From assembly GCA_945882015.1 (NCBI GenBank), contig CAMCVM010000003.1, forward strand, positions 33,342 through 97,341: a stretch of DNA of 64,000 nt, read 5' to 3'. The first letter of the stretch is position 1, and each line of letters starts with the position of its first letter. The stretch comes from a candidate division TM6 bacterium GW2011_GWF2_32_72 (GTDB lineage Bacteria; Babelota; Babeliae; Babelales; CAIQNR01). Both the position numbers and the translations under genes were made by a program. Below the pieces are notes generated by a model. It was not told where the DNA came from. It searched no databases and saw nothing but the letters and a program-made list of their open reading frames with translations. This document shows positions 52,869 to 62,997 of this stretch, piece by piece.

Positions 52869-55673
52869 ATGGCAGCTGAACAAGAAAAGCAAAAAATTGA
52901 AAAAGGCATTAAGCCAGTTTTAATTGAAGAAGAGTTAAAAAGTTCTTTTTTAGACTACGCTATGTCAGTTGTGGTCAGTCGTGCAATTCCTGATGTGCGT
53001 GATGGGTTAAAACCTGTGCATCGCCGTGTATTATATGCAATGCATGAGCTTGGATATCATTATAATAAACCGTACAGAAAATCTGTTCGTGTAGTTGGTG
53101 ACGTACTTGGTAAGTACCATCCGCATGGTGATCAAGCAGTGTACAATACAATGGTTGGTATGGTGCAAGATTTTGCAAAGCGCTACCCTTTACTTGATGG
53201 ACAAGGTAACTGGGGGTCTGTTGACGGGGACAACGCAGCGGCAATGCGTTATACCGAAGTCAGAATGGAAAGAATTACGCAAGAAATTTTAGCTGATATA
53301 GATAAAAACACCGTTCCTTTTGTACCAAACTTTGATGAATCAACCGTTGAGCCAGTTATTTTGCCAAGCCGTTTACCAAATTTATTAATTAATGGAACAG
53401 CTGGTATTGCAGTTGGTATGGCAACTTCTATTCCGCCGCATAACTTGGGCGAAGTAATTGATGGCTGTTTAGCGTTTTTAGCAAATGAAGCAATTAGTGA
53501 TGATGAACTGATTAAATTAATTCCTGCTCCAGATTTTCCAACAGGTGGTATTATTTGCGGCCGTGGCGGTGTTTTAAAAGCATATAAAACAGGTCGCGGA
53601 AACGTGGTGGTTCGTGGTGTTACAGAAATTCAAGAGACCAAAAAAGGGTCAGCAATCATTATTTCTGAACTACCGTATCAAGTTAATAAGGCTGAACTGA
53701 TTATTAAAATAGCAGACCTTGTTAAAGAAAAAATTATTGAAGGTATCACCAATATTCGTGATGAGTCAGACAGACGCGGAATGCGTGTGGTTATTGACAT
53801 CAAGCGTGGTGAAATTCCTGATGTTGTCTTAAATCAACTCTATAAATTTACGCCATTACAAACTTCAATTTCTATTTTAAGTTTGGCGTTGCTTGATAAC
53901 CGTCCATTGATTTTCACCTTGCGTGAGCTGATCAAACAGTTCTTGCTGCACCGTGAAACAATCGTTTATAAGCGAACTGTTTATGATCTTGAACGAGCAA
54001 AAGCACGTGAACACCTGTTAGAAGGTTTTATTGTTGCACTTGATAATATTGATGCAATTGTACAATTGATTAAAAAATCAAAAACTGCAGAAATAGCAAT
54101 TGAAGCACTTGAAAAGGGTTATAAGCTTTCACTTGAACAAGGTAAAGCAATTCTTGAAATGCGCTTGCAACGTTTAACTGGTCTTGAACAAGAAAAAATT
54201 CACGAAGAAATTGCAGATCTTAAAAAGCGGATTAGCTATCTCTTATCTGTTATTGAAAACAGAGATGTTCTTAAAAAAGAAATTATTGATGAATTGGTCT
54301 TTATCAAACAAACCTATTCAAATCCTCGAAGAACGCAAATTGAAGATGTGTTTGAAGCGTTAACTGATGAAGATTTAATTCCTGATGAAGATGTGGTTGT
54401 TACCTTGACGCAAAAAGGATACATCAAACGGGTACAATTAAGTACCTATGATGTGCAGCATCGTGGCGGAAAAGGTAAGATGGGAATGCAATCACTTGAC
54501 GACGTTGATGACGTGGTGCGCGATATGTTCGTTGCAAAAAGTCATGATGAATTGTTGTTCTTTACCAATCTTGGCAGAGTGTATAGCTTTAAAGTGTACC
54601 AAGTTCCTGAAGGTTCACGAACTGCAAAAGGTCGTGCTGTTATTAACTTACTTCCATTAACAGAAGGCGAAATTGTTGTTCGCTTATTATGTATGCGTGA
54701 GATGGAAGGCAAGAATATTGTCATGGTTACCAAAAACGGTATCATCAAAAAAACTGACGCAGAATCATTTGCAAAGATCCGGGTTTCTGGAATTAGAGCA
54801 TTAGGTCTTCGTGATGATGACCAACTTTCATTCTGCGGAGTTTCTGATGGAGATGATGATATTGTTCTTGCAACAGCATTTGGACAAGGTATTAGATTTA
54901 AAGAAACTGAAGTACGGGCAATGGGTCGCCAAGCTGAAGGTGTTATTGGTATTAGACTGAAAAAAGATGACCATGTTGTTGGTATGGAAATTATTGATGA
55001 TGAAAACAAAACTTTATTATTTGCAACATCAAATGGATATGGAAAACAGACACGTGTTGGCGACTTCCGGGTTGCACATCGTGGCGGTCAAGGGGTAAGG
55101 ACTATTCCAACAGATCACAGAAATGGTGATGTGGTAGGTCTTGTTATTATTGGACCCGATTCGCATATTCTCTTAATTGATGACAATGGTAAGATTATTC
55201 ACTTATTGCCAAAAGAAATCAGAACCATGGGACGCCAGGCAAAAGGTGTTCGCTTGATCCGTCTTGATGAAGGACGCCGCTTAGCTTCGGTTGTTGCGTT
55301 TGAATCTGATGAGGCAGATCCAGCAGGTGGCAGTGATGACGGCAGTTCATCTGGTATGATGCGTAAAGACACGTCAGTTCCAAGTGGCGAAGCAGCATTA
55401 AAAGCAGCAGTGAGAGCCGAAGGAGCACATGAAGAAAATTCTGATATTGCTTCGGTGCAAAAAGTTCCATCTCAAGAACCAAAGTTGAATGCACGTTCAT
55501 CAGATGATGAGCAAGGTTTATCATTTGATAGTTCAGCGCCAAAAGCTTCTTTTACTGAACCGGGTATGGAATTTAAAGATTCGGTTTCTGCAGCAGCTGA
55601 GCTCCATGCTGATGATGATTTAGCTATTTTTGATATTGATAAAAGTGACGATTCGCAAATGACCATGTTCTAG
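52869..55673 (+). CDS. gyrA: DNA gyrase subunit A with a long acidic/Ser-rich C-terminal tail
   Basis: 934 aa. Matches are DGLKPVHRR, AAMRYTE (catalytic Tyr) and GyrA-box-like HRGGKGKMG, with beta-pinwheel repeats. About 125 aa of low-complexity tail follow ..VVAFESDEAD. Confidence 0.95.
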   Translation: MAAEQEKQKIEKGIKPVLIEEELKSSFLDYAMSVVVSRAIPDVRDGLKPVHRRVLYAMHELGYHYNKPYRKSVRVVGDVLGKYHPHGDQAVYNTMVGMVQDFAKRYPLLDGQGNWGSVDGDNAAAMRYTEVRMERITQEILADIDKNTVPFVPNFDESTVEPVILPSRLPNLLINGTAGIAVGMATSIPPHNLGEVIDGCLAFLANEAISDDELIKLIPAPDFPTGGIICGRGGVLKAYKTGRGNVVVRGVTEIQETKKGSAIIISELPYQVNKAELIIKIADLVKEKIIEGITNIRDESDRRGMRVVIDIKRGEIPDVVLNQLYKFTPLQTSISILSLALLDNRPLIFTLRELIKQFLLHRETIVYKRTVYDLERAKAREHLLEGFIVALDNIDAIVQLIKKSKTAEIAIEALEKGYKLSLEQGKAILEMRLQRLTGLEQEKIHEEIADLKKRISYLLSVIENRDVLKKEIIDELVFIKQTYSNPRRTQIEDVFEALTDEDLIPDEDVVVTLTQKGYIKRVQLSTYDVQHRGGKGKMGMQSLDDVDDVVRDMFVAKSHDELLFFTNLGRVYSFKVYQVPEGSRTAKGRAVINLLPLTEGEIVVRLLCMREMEGKNIVMVTKNGIIKKTDAESFAKIRVSGIRALGLRDDDQLSFCGVSDGDDDIVLATAFGQGIRFKETEVRAMGRQAEGVIGIRLKKDDHVVGMEIIDDENKTLLFATSNGYGKQTRVGDFRVAHRGGQGVRTIPTDHRNGDVVGLVIIGPDSHILLIDDNGKIIHLLPKEIRTMGRQAKGVRLIRLDEGRRLASVVAFESDEADPAGGSDDGSSSGMMRKDTSVPSGEAALKAAVRAEGAHEENSDIASVQKVPSQEPKLNARSSDDEQGLSFDSSAPKASFTEPGMEFKDSVSAAAELHADDDLAIFDIDKSDDSQMTMF

Positions 55674-55687
55674 TAAATTTAACTAAA

Positions 55688-55757
55688 ATGCCATTCTGAC
55701 CTTTTTCCAGATAAGTTTTGGAAGAAATGGAAGCAGTGTTAGGATGGCATTTTTTTG
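55688..55757. terminator. long compound hairpin plus T-run after gyrA
   Basis: ATGCCATTCTGAC ... GTTAGGATGGCAT (G-U tolerated) encloses the inner hairpin TTCCA-n9-TGGAA and is followed by T6. Confidence 0.6.
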
Positions 55758-55769
55758 TAATCACTTTTT

Positions 55770-56024
55770 TTATTGATTATAAGGTACGCGAACTATTGGA
55801 CCAAGAAATTGGTCAGCGGCTTGATTATGATTGTCAGGGATCTGGTATTCAGGATCAAACAGAGGATTTTCAAATTCAACAGTAAACTGGTTAGCGCTGT
55901 TTTCTTGTGCTGCTGTGCTTTTTTTAAAACATAATAAGCATTGTGCAAGAAACGCACCAATTTTTTGAGCACCAGCTAGATTGACAGTATAAAAAACGAT
56001 ACCAATTAACCATAATCTTTTCAT
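55770..56024 (-). CDS. small N-terminally anchored/secreted protein, paralog of 56418-56672
   Basis: 84 aa. MKRLWLIGIVFYTVNLAGAQ..QCLLCFKK..EFENPLFDPEY is clearly paralogous to the 84-aa ORF at 56418. Confidence 0.6.
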   Translation of the reverse strand: MKRLWLIGIVFYTVNLAGAQKIGAFLAQCLLCFKKSTAAQENSANQFTVEFENPLFDPEYQIPDNHNQAADQFLGPIVRVPYNQ

Positions 56025-56038
56025 GGATTGTCTCCTTT

Positions 56039-56278
56039 TTATTCATCATCACTATGATTAGTACTCAAATCACTTTCTAAGAATTCTGGATCGGTGTCGT
56101 CATGTTGAGCAGTTTGACGCTGTGCAGTCATTGTAACATGCACTGCAGCAACTATCTCTTGGGGGTTTGCTAAAGTGGGTCTTTTTGATATACCACTTAT
56201 ATCGGAACATTCAGGGAGATGCTCACTGTTAATTGTGAAAAAAGCGCATAAAAAAGCTAATAAGAGTTTATTTTTCAT
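56039..56278 (-). CDS. small secreted acidic protein
   Basis: 79 aa with signal MKNKLLLAFLCAFFTINS and an acidic C-terminus. No family was recognised. Confidence 0.5.
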   Translation of the reverse strand: MKNKLLLAFLCAFFTINSEHLPECSDISGISKRPTLANPQEIVAAVHVTMTAQRQTAQHDDTDPEFLESDLSTNHSDDE

Positions 56279-56417
56279 AAGACCCTATTTAAGATTTTTA
56301 AAAATACCATCAAACAGTATGCTACTAAAACTATTTTGTCATTAATGATTGCATTATTATAAGAGTAGTAAATGCAAAAGACAAAAAGCAATTTTTATTG
56401 AGTTTTTGAATATAATC

Positions 56418-56672
56418 TTATTGATTATCAAGATTATCACTATTAGGAGTATCTGATATTGGTCTAAAATAGTTCTGAGTCGATTTAGGAGAATCATACG
56501 GAGTGTTTTCAAACTTAACAATTGCTCTATCATCAGCGCTATAGTCTTGTAAACATTGCTCTCTGTCTTTTTTAAAACAGGGCAAGCATTTTTGAAGTAA
56601 CGCGTACATAGACTGAGCACCAATTAGATTAACATTATAAAAAATGATACCGATTAACCATAATTTTTTCAT
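56418..56672 (-). CDS. small N-terminally anchored/secreted protein, paralog of 55770-56024
   Basis: 84 aa: MKKLWLIGIIFYNVNLIGAQ..KCLPCFKK..KFENTPYDSP. Confidence 0.6.
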   Translation of the reverse strand: MKKLWLIGIIFYNVNLIGAQSMYALLQKCLPCFKKDREQCLQDYSADDRAIVKFENTPYDSPKSTQNYFRPISDTPNSDNLDNQ

Positions 56673-56822
56673 TTTTTTTCTTTCTCTGTAAAATTATTAA
56701 TAGCTTTTAAGGTTAGGGGGAAACAACAGGCAATGCAATAGTTGTAAAAGTTAATGATGCAACTATACTGCTGATACACGGGTCTTCTGCCTGTCGCTTT
56801 TAGGTTACTTTTGCAATTGTAA

Positions 56823-57899
56823 ATGGATATCTTTATGAACCGTAATATCTTATTACATCTTTCTTTAATCTCGGGTCTTGGTCCAGCAAAGCTAGAAGGA
56901 CTTATTGCTCAACTGGACAATGATCAATTAGCAAGTTTAGATTCTTTTTCAGTCAATGATTTTCAAAGGTATGGTTTTACAATTGATAAAGCTCAAGTAA
57001 TTGTTGAAGGTTTGAAAGATACCAGACTGCTTGAGCAAGAGTTGCAGTTACTTGAAAGACATAACATACGTTGGTTTACATTGTTTGATGACCAATACCC
57101 TGCACTGTTAAAAGAAATTCATTTACCTCCACCAATTATATATGTTCAAGGCTCAACAGATTTTTCAGAGCAGGCACTTGCTTTTGTTGGTTCGCGAGCA
57201 ACTAGTAGTTACGGCAAAAAAGTAGTGCAAACATTGGTTCCTGATTTGGTTGCGCAAAATTGGACCATTGTCAGTGGCGGGGCTTATGGGATTGATACTA
57301 TTGCGCATCAGGCAGCACTTGATGCTGGTGGCAAAACAGTTGCTGTTTTAGGTTCTGGGTTGTTGCAAAAATATCCAGCTGATAATAAAAAATTATTTGA
57401 ATCTATTATTGCCAATAATGGTTCAATTGTTAGTTCTTTCCCTTTAATGATGCAACCACTGCCGCACAATTTTCCTGCTCGAAATAGAATTATTTCAGGG
57501 TTAAGTCAAGGGTCGGTAATAGTCAGAGCTGCTCAAAAAAGTGGGGCATTAATTACCGCTCATTATGCTTTACAGCAAGGAAGAAGAGTCTTTGCAGTGC
57601 CAGGTTTAATTGATGACCCATTAAGTGCAGGATGTCACGATTTGCTGCGCAAGGGGGCACTATTGGTTGATAGCGCAAACGCTATTTTTGAGGAATTTGG
57701 TCAAAAAGATCAAAAAACAGAACAACAACCATTGGTATTTGCCGATCCTTTAGTAGTATTGTGTCAACAACCTAAAACAGTTGATGAATTGTTAATTTTG
57801 ACCGATTTAACAGAAAATAAGCTCAATGATCGACTTTTCGAGCTTCAGCTTGAAGGTAAATTGCAACAAAACTTTATTGGATTGTGGCAATCACTGTAA
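56823..57899 (+). CDS. dprA: DNA processing protein DprA (Smf)
   Basis: 358 aa (an alternative start is ATG 56835). Matches are VGSRATSSYG, SGGAYGIDTIAHQAAL and FPARNRIISGLS, with a C-terminal winged-helix-like tail. Confidence 0.88.
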   Translation: MDIFMNRNILLHLSLISGLGPAKLEGLIAQLDNDQLASLDSFSVNDFQRYGFTIDKAQVIVEGLKDTRLLEQELQLLERHNIRWFTLFDDQYPALLKEIHLPPPIIYVQGSTDFSEQALAFVGSRATSSYGKKVVQTLVPDLVAQNWTIVSGGAYGIDTIAHQAALDAGGKTVAVLGSGLLQKYPADNKKLFESIIANNGSIVSSFPLMMQPLPHNFPARNRIISGLSQGSVIVRAAQKSGALITAHYALQQGRRVFAVPGLIDDPLSAGCHDLLRKGALLVDSANAIFEEFGQKDQKTEQQPLVFADPLVVLCQQPKTVDELLILTDLTENKLNDRLFELQLEGKLQQNFIGLWQSL

Positions 57900-57980
57900 G
57901 ATTTTTGCTTTTTTTACAGGTTTTGATACCTTTAATACAAGCACATTTAAAGAATATTTAGCTTTATCAAGGAGTTTACC

Positions 57981-58259
57981 ATGCCAGTACCAAAACGTAA
58001 GCGGTCTCGAGCTCGTCGAGATAGTCGTTTTGCAAATAAAGGAATCCAAGCTGCTGCAGTTGGATCATGCTTAAGTTGTAATGCAGCAGTTCAACCTCAT
58101 AGTGCATGCCATGGATGTGGATTCTATCAAGGGCGTAAGATTTTTACTCCTAAATCAGAACGATCAATTATCCGTACTTTAGCTCGTAAAGAAATTGCAG
58201 CAAAAGTAGCCGCTCGTACACAAGGTGGACAAGGGTCTTCAGATACGCAAGTTCAATAA
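57981..58259 (+). CDS. rpmF: 50S ribosomal protein L32 with a C-terminal extension
   Basis: MPVPKRKRSRARRDSR is the L32 N-terminus. It has a CxxC...CxxC zinc ribbon. At 92 aa it is about 30 aa longer than usual. Confidence 0.88.
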   Translation: MPVPKRKRSRARRDSRFANKGIQAAAVGSCLSCNAAVQPHSACHGCGFYQGRKIFTPKSERSIIRTLARKEIAAKVAARTQGGQGSSDTQVQ

Positions 58260-58277
58260 TAAAAAGGGTGAGCAGGT

Positions 58278-58946
58278 ATGATGCAAGAAACTTTACAAGA
58301 ACTTTTGAAAAATGGGTGGCGTCAATTTAAAAAAGATACTTACTCAGTTGTTTTCACTGTTTTATTGTTAGCATTGTTATTAGGATATGGTGGCTATAAA
58401 GCTCATCAATGGTACAGAGTCAGTAAAGAAAGCAAAGCTCAAAAGTTATTTGCACAAGCACTTACCGAATATGAACATGCATTTGCAGAACTTACTAACG
58501 GTGCTCAAACAGTAGCTTGGCAAGATATTGCGCTTGCTTTTGAAGAAGTAACGCAAAAACATCAAGGAACAACGTATAGCTTGTATGCTCAGGCATTTGA
58601 AGCTGATATTAAAGCTCGTCAAGGCCAATTGCAAGAAGCGATAACGCAACTTGAAGGACTTGTTGCAACAATGGCAGCTGATGCACCTGGTTATTATTTT
58701 TTCAAAACAAAAATTGCATTGTTAACTATTGATGCTCAAAATGTTCAGGTAGGTCTTGACCAATTACATGCATTAACTCAAACAGGAAATGCACAAGCAG
58801 ATACAGCAGCATTCTTTTTGGGTCTTTATTATTGGACGCATGATGATGTTGCAAAAGCTCAAGAAGTATGGAAATTCTTTGATGCTACACAAGCTGATTC
58901 ACCATGGGCACAAATTGTTCAAGCTAAACTTTTACAAGTAGCATAA
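58278..58946 (+). CDS. membrane-anchored TPR-like protein (YfgM-like)
   Basis: 222 aa with a single N-terminal TM (VVFTVLLLALLLGYGGY) followed by helical repeats, as in YfgM/UPF0070. The call is by eye. Confidence 0.4.
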   Translation: MMQETLQELLKNGWRQFKKDTYSVVFTVLLLALLLGYGGYKAHQWYRVSKESKAQKLFAQALTEYEHAFAELTNGAQTVAWQDIALAFEEVTQKHQGTTYSLYAQAFEADIKARQGQLQEAITQLEGLVATMAADAPGYYFFKTKIALLTIDAQNVQVGLDQLHALTQTGNAQADTAAFFLGLYYWTHDDVAKAQEVWKFFDATQADSPWAQIVQAKLLQVA

Positions 58947-58953
58947 GACTATT

Positions 58954-60369
58954 ATGGCATCATCACAAAACATTAGGGTTCGTTTTGCTCCATCTCCAAC
59001 AGGGAATTTACATATTGGGGGCATGCGAACCGCTCTTTTTAATTATCTTTTTGCAAAACATTATCAAGGCACATTTTTAATTCGTATTGAAGACACAGAC
59101 CTTGAGCGTTCAAAGCCAGAATTTGTTACTGCGCAACTTGCAGCGCTTGAGTGGTGTGGCATTGAAAGTGACGAACCATTAGTGTTTCAATCGCAACGGA
59201 CTCAAGCATATCAAGAAGTTTTGAGTAAGTTGTTTCAAGAAAAAAGAATCTATCGTTGTGTGTGCAGTCCAGAAGCGGTTGAAGCTCGCGTTAAAGCATC
59301 GGGTAATACTGATGAATTTTTTGCGTATGATCAACTCTGTCGTAATAAGAATATTCCAGCTGATTGTGGAAAACCATTTGTTATTCGGTTTGCAGTTCCA
59401 GAAGAGCAACAGCCAATTGTGGTTAATGATTTAATTAGAGGCAAGGTTGTGTTTGAAAAAGCACAGTTTGATGACTTTATTATTATTCGTTCTGACGGTT
59501 CGCCCATGTATAACTTTGCAGTTGTGGTTGATGATGCATTCATGAACATTACCCATATTATTCGTGGAGAAGAACATTTAGGTAACACTCCAAAACAGAT
59601 CATGTTGGCTCAAGCTATGGGTTTTGCAATGCCAGAGTGTGCACATATTCCGTTAATCTTAAGTCCCAATGGTGGCAAATTAAGTAAGCGTGATGGTGCA
59701 GTTGATGTTAATCAATTTAAAAAAGATGGTTACTTAGCCCATGCGTTGGTTAACTATGTAGTACGTCTTGGTTGGGCGCATGCAGACCAAGAAGTTTTTA
59801 CCCAAGAAGAACTCATAAAAGCGTTTACTCTTGATGGGGTTGGTAAAAAAGGTGCTGTTTTTGATTTGCAAAAACTTGACTGGTTAAATGGGTTATATCT
59901 TAAACAATTAACGCCGCATGCTTGTCTTGACTGGCTCATTAAAGATGTTTGCCCCGATTTGAAAGAGCAACTAACATCTTGGAATACTCAAACTATTGAA
60001 ACTGCGATAAAATTGTACCAAGAGCGCGTTAAACTTGGTTCTGAGCTTTGCACTATACTTAAAGCATTGCATGACGGACCAACTGTTTATGATGCTCATG
60101 AGATAGCAACATGGCTTACCGCAGAGGCTCGAATTCATTTGGTGGTTCTTTTGTCTGAACTTAAAAATCTTACCAGTTTTACGCATGACGCCATCAGTGA
60201 AACATTGAAACAGTTCTGTAAAAATCAAAATATTAAATTGGTTGCCATTGCGCAACCGTTACGCATCGCTTTGACTGGCGGTACCAGCAGCCCTGGAGTT
60301 TTTGATCTTGTTGCTTTACTGGGCAAAGAAACAGTGATTAAACGTATTGAACTGTTGCTGCAAGTTTAA
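58954..60369 (+). CDS. gltX: glutamyl-tRNA synthetase
   Basis: 471 aa. HIGH region is RFAPSPTGNLHIGG and KMSKS is KLSKRDG. Confidence 0.93.
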   Translation: MASSQNIRVRFAPSPTGNLHIGGMRTALFNYLFAKHYQGTFLIRIEDTDLERSKPEFVTAQLAALEWCGIESDEPLVFQSQRTQAYQEVLSKLFQEKRIYRCVCSPEAVEARVKASGNTDEFFAYDQLCRNKNIPADCGKPFVIRFAVPEEQQPIVVNDLIRGKVVFEKAQFDDFIIIRSDGSPMYNFAVVVDDAFMNITHIIRGEEHLGNTPKQIMLAQAMGFAMPECAHIPLILSPNGGKLSKRDGAVDVNQFKKDGYLAHALVNYVVRLGWAHADQEVFTQEELIKAFTLDGVGKKGAVFDLQKLDWLNGLYLKQLTPHACLDWLIKDVCPDLKEQLTSWNTQTIETAIKLYQERVKLGSELCTILKALHDGPTVYDAHEIATWLTAEARIHLVVLLSELKNLTSFTHDAISETLKQFCKNQNIKLVAIAQPLRIALTGGTSSPGVFDLVALLGKETVIKRIELLLQV

Positions 60370-60497
60370 AACTCTTTCAAAATTTTCTTTTCTGAGCCTA
60401 TTTGGCTAGGCTTTTGTTTTTTCTGATAAAATCCCTATAGTATATCCCTAATGGATGTCAGTGCTTATATATTGTAAGCTTAAAATGTGGGGTTATT

Positions 60498-61898
60498 GTG
60501 AAAAAATATGGGGTTATGCCTTTTTTAAGGCTCTTAGTCGCTTTATTAGTAGTACATACTTCTGTTAAAAGTTCTGAACAGTCAATTATTGATGTGCAAG
60601 CTGTTAAAGGTATTTTTCAACAATTAATTGTTTCGCCTACTTCTTCATATTCTAGCTATGGCAGGACTGTTGATCAATTGACTCAAAAGATTTTACAGCA
60701 ATCGCTTAACGACAATAATCCTATCACAGCATTTTTACGTGCGACAGATCAAGATGGAAGGTGCAAGAATCATCAAACTACGGTTATGGAAAAAGTACTT
60801 GAACAGCAACCTGCAGCGTTATCTATTTTTGCTGAATACTTTTTACAAAAGAAATCATTGTTGGGGGTTTGTGAGGAACAATTCATTCAAGACTGGAAAG
60901 AAGCACTACAAGGGAAAAAATCATTAACGCAAACGTGCGCACATTTAAGTACTCAAGGATTGAATAAGCCGCTTGAGTTTTTTACCAAGCATTATCAGCC
61001 ACAATTGATCAAAGCTGCTCTGAAAGAACGCGAACTGAATGATCAAGGGTATACTGTTTTTTACCATGGGCAGCAGAATTTTTTTGGATTTTATCAAGAT
61101 TTTTGTAAAAAATTATTACTTGAATGTTTCAAGCAGGGTATTGTTACCTATAAACTGCCTAAGGATTTCTTTTTTGTAAGAATACCATCTTCTTTAAAAG
61201 ATTTGATGCATAACGGTTTATCTGCAGCAATGCAACAAAAAGAAACTGCAAAGCGAAACAATATTATGAATTGCGTGATAAGCGATTATAATAGTTGCTT
61301 GTCTGTGAATGGATTTTTATTTGGAAGTACCGGCAATTGCGCTTGTTCAACATGGAATTTTGTGGTTTCTAATTCGAATTGCTTATCTTATTCGGGCCCA
61401 AATTTAGGAAAACAGATTTTTGAAAGCCTTGGTTATGAAGCTTCTTTTAGTAAATTTAAGTTATCAATAAGCAACCTCTTAAAAGAATATAAAGAGTTTT
61501 TTAGCGTTGGTAGATTATTGCAAGTAGCGGTCCCAGCACACTTAGTTGACGAATGTACTTTTATTTCATCAGGGCAAGCTTATAAAATTTCGGTTGATTG
61601 TGGGCGGTCAGTTGGGTCAATTTCAAAAGTTTCAGAGCAAATGAAGTACTGCAAGGAGAAAAATTTTTCTGCTTATGGGCGGTATTGTGAAAACCATTAT
61701 TGTGTAATTATGACAGAAGACATGGCTTTAAACCCAAGAAGTGGGATTAAGTATTTTAGTTATGATGGTACTCCTGAACAGCAAATTGCATTCCGTTTTC
61801 TTGGAGAGGAGCGCACGGTTACGTATTCAGAGCATTGTGCCAAAGTTGATCAATTGATTTGTGATATTGTGCAGCACTTGAAGCATAAAAGCCGTTAA
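60498..61898 (+). CDS. hypothetical secreted Cys-rich protein
   Basis: 466 aa (GTG 60498 or ATG 60516) with a signal-like N-terminus and many Cys. No family was recognised. Confidence 0.6.
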   Translation: MKKYGVMPFLRLLVALLVVHTSVKSSEQSIIDVQAVKGIFQQLIVSPTSSYSSYGRTVDQLTQKILQQSLNDNNPITAFLRATDQDGRCKNHQTTVMEKVLEQQPAALSIFAEYFLQKKSLLGVCEEQFIQDWKEALQGKKSLTQTCAHLSTQGLNKPLEFFTKHYQPQLIKAALKERELNDQGYTVFYHGQQNFFGFYQDFCKKLLLECFKQGIVTYKLPKDFFFVRIPSSLKDLMHNGLSAAMQQKETAKRNNIMNCVISDYNSCLSVNGFLFGSTGNCACSTWNFVVSNSNCLSYSGPNLGKQIFESLGYEASFSKFKLSISNLLKEYKEFFSVGRLLQVAVPAHLVDECTFISSGQAYKISVDCGRSVGSISKVSEQMKYCKEKNFSAYGRYCENHYCVIMTEDMALNPRSGIKYFSYDGTPEQQIAFRFLGEERTVTYSEHCAKVDQLICDIVQHLKHKSR

Positions 61899-61909
61899 AC
61901 GTAGCAGTG

Positions 61910-62869
61910 TTAATCATTTTCATGCTCAAAAATTAATGGTTCTTTCCCTACAAAAGTAAGCAATGCATTCATATCTTCAAAGGTAACGACAGTAAACACT
62001 TTTTTATCAGGATGAGCTGTTTCAAGTTGTTTTTGTAGCTCTTTTGATGGGCCAATAATAATAATAACATCACAGAATGAAAATGCGTCAATTACCTTTT
62101 TCCATTGCAAGGGTGCATGGATCTGTTGCATAATACCCGCTCGAATAGCATCACCACTTGTTAATGCTTGGCCAGTTACACTTGTGATAAAAGGGACTTG
62201 CGAATCTTTAAAATCGACTTTTTCAAGGTACATTTTCATCGTTTTAACTAAATCGTCCATTAACTGACTATGCAGTCCTCCCCCAATTTCGCCTAACGTT
62301 GTGGGAATGCTGGTTAAGGTAGCAATTGTTTTTTTAAGGCAGTTTATCGATTCATTGGTTCCTGTTATTAACGTTTGTTCGTCAGTTTCGTACGCTGCAA
62401 TAGTTACTAAATTATTGCCATTGGTGCATTCTAAGCAGGCTTTTTTTATTGTTTCAAGTTCAACATGAAAAATATTGATTGCAGTAAGTTTGCGTTGATC
62501 TAACAGTTCTTGATAAAGTCCTGAATATTTACGCAACAAATAGACTGCATCAGGTAACGTAATGCCATCAACAGCAGCAAGTGCGGCATATTCACCAATG
62601 TCCCGCCCAGCAACCAAAGAAGGAATAATGCCCTGTTCTTTTAAAATGCCATTAAGGGATAATGAAACTAAAAATAAAGAAATATAGGCATTTTCAAGCT
62701 CAGTCAAGGTTGAGTCTGAAGAAGCAAAACATAATTTTACAAAATTTTTATCAAGGCAATTGGCAGCTTCTTCAAAGTGCTCTTGCATAATACGAGAATG
62801 GTCATAAAACTCTTTTGCCATACCGACAAATTGACCGCCATATCCTGGAAATATAAATCCAAATTTCAT
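61910..62869 (-). CDS. malonyl-CoA:ACP transacylase (FabD) homolog with substituted active-site residues
   Basis: The start is taken at ATG 62869 (AAGGGG RBS). FGFIFPGYGGQFVGM, LVAGRDIGEYAAL, GGGLHSQLM and APLQW align with FabD FPGQGSQ, GHSLGEY, PSHCALM and NPVQW. The nucleophile Ser is Asp and the preceding His is Arg. Confidence 0.75.
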   Translation of the reverse strand: MKFGFIFPGYGGQFVGMAKEFYDHSRIMQEHFEEAANCLDKNFVKLCFASSDSTLTELENAYISLFLVSLSLNGILKEQGIIPSLVAGRDIGEYAALAAVDGITLPDAVYLLRKYSGLYQELLDQRKLTAINIFHVELETIKKACLECTNGNNLVTIAAYETDEQTLITGTNESINCLKKTIATLTSIPTTLGEIGGGLHSQLMDDLVKTMKMYLEKVDFKDSQVPFITSVTGQALTSGDAIRAGIMQQIHAPLQWKKVIDAFSFCDVIIIIGPSKELQKQLETAHPDKKVFTVVTFEDMNALLTFVGKEPLIFEHEND

Positions 62870-62997
62870 AGCCGACCCCTTTTTTTTATCTTTATGCATA
62901 AGATAGCAAGTCAATGACCGTTGTTGCTACAATTAATTTTTGCTATCATGCTTAAGTCGTTTAAACCGGTTATGTAAGTAATAATTAAAGGAACGTA

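Noticed and set aside
54542-55009. A 155-aa ORF antisense to gyrA. A 148-aa ORF (23466-23912) is antisense to tsf.
   Set aside because: Both lie fully within highly conserved genes, and they have no start context or recognisable domains.
61290-61340. GNCACSTWNF in the 466-aa secreted protein looked vaguely like the papain-family CGSCWAF active-site string.
   Set aside because: The spacing does not match (C-x-C-x2-W vs C-x2-C-W). I could not identify a downstream His/Asn partner, so the similarity is too weak to call.
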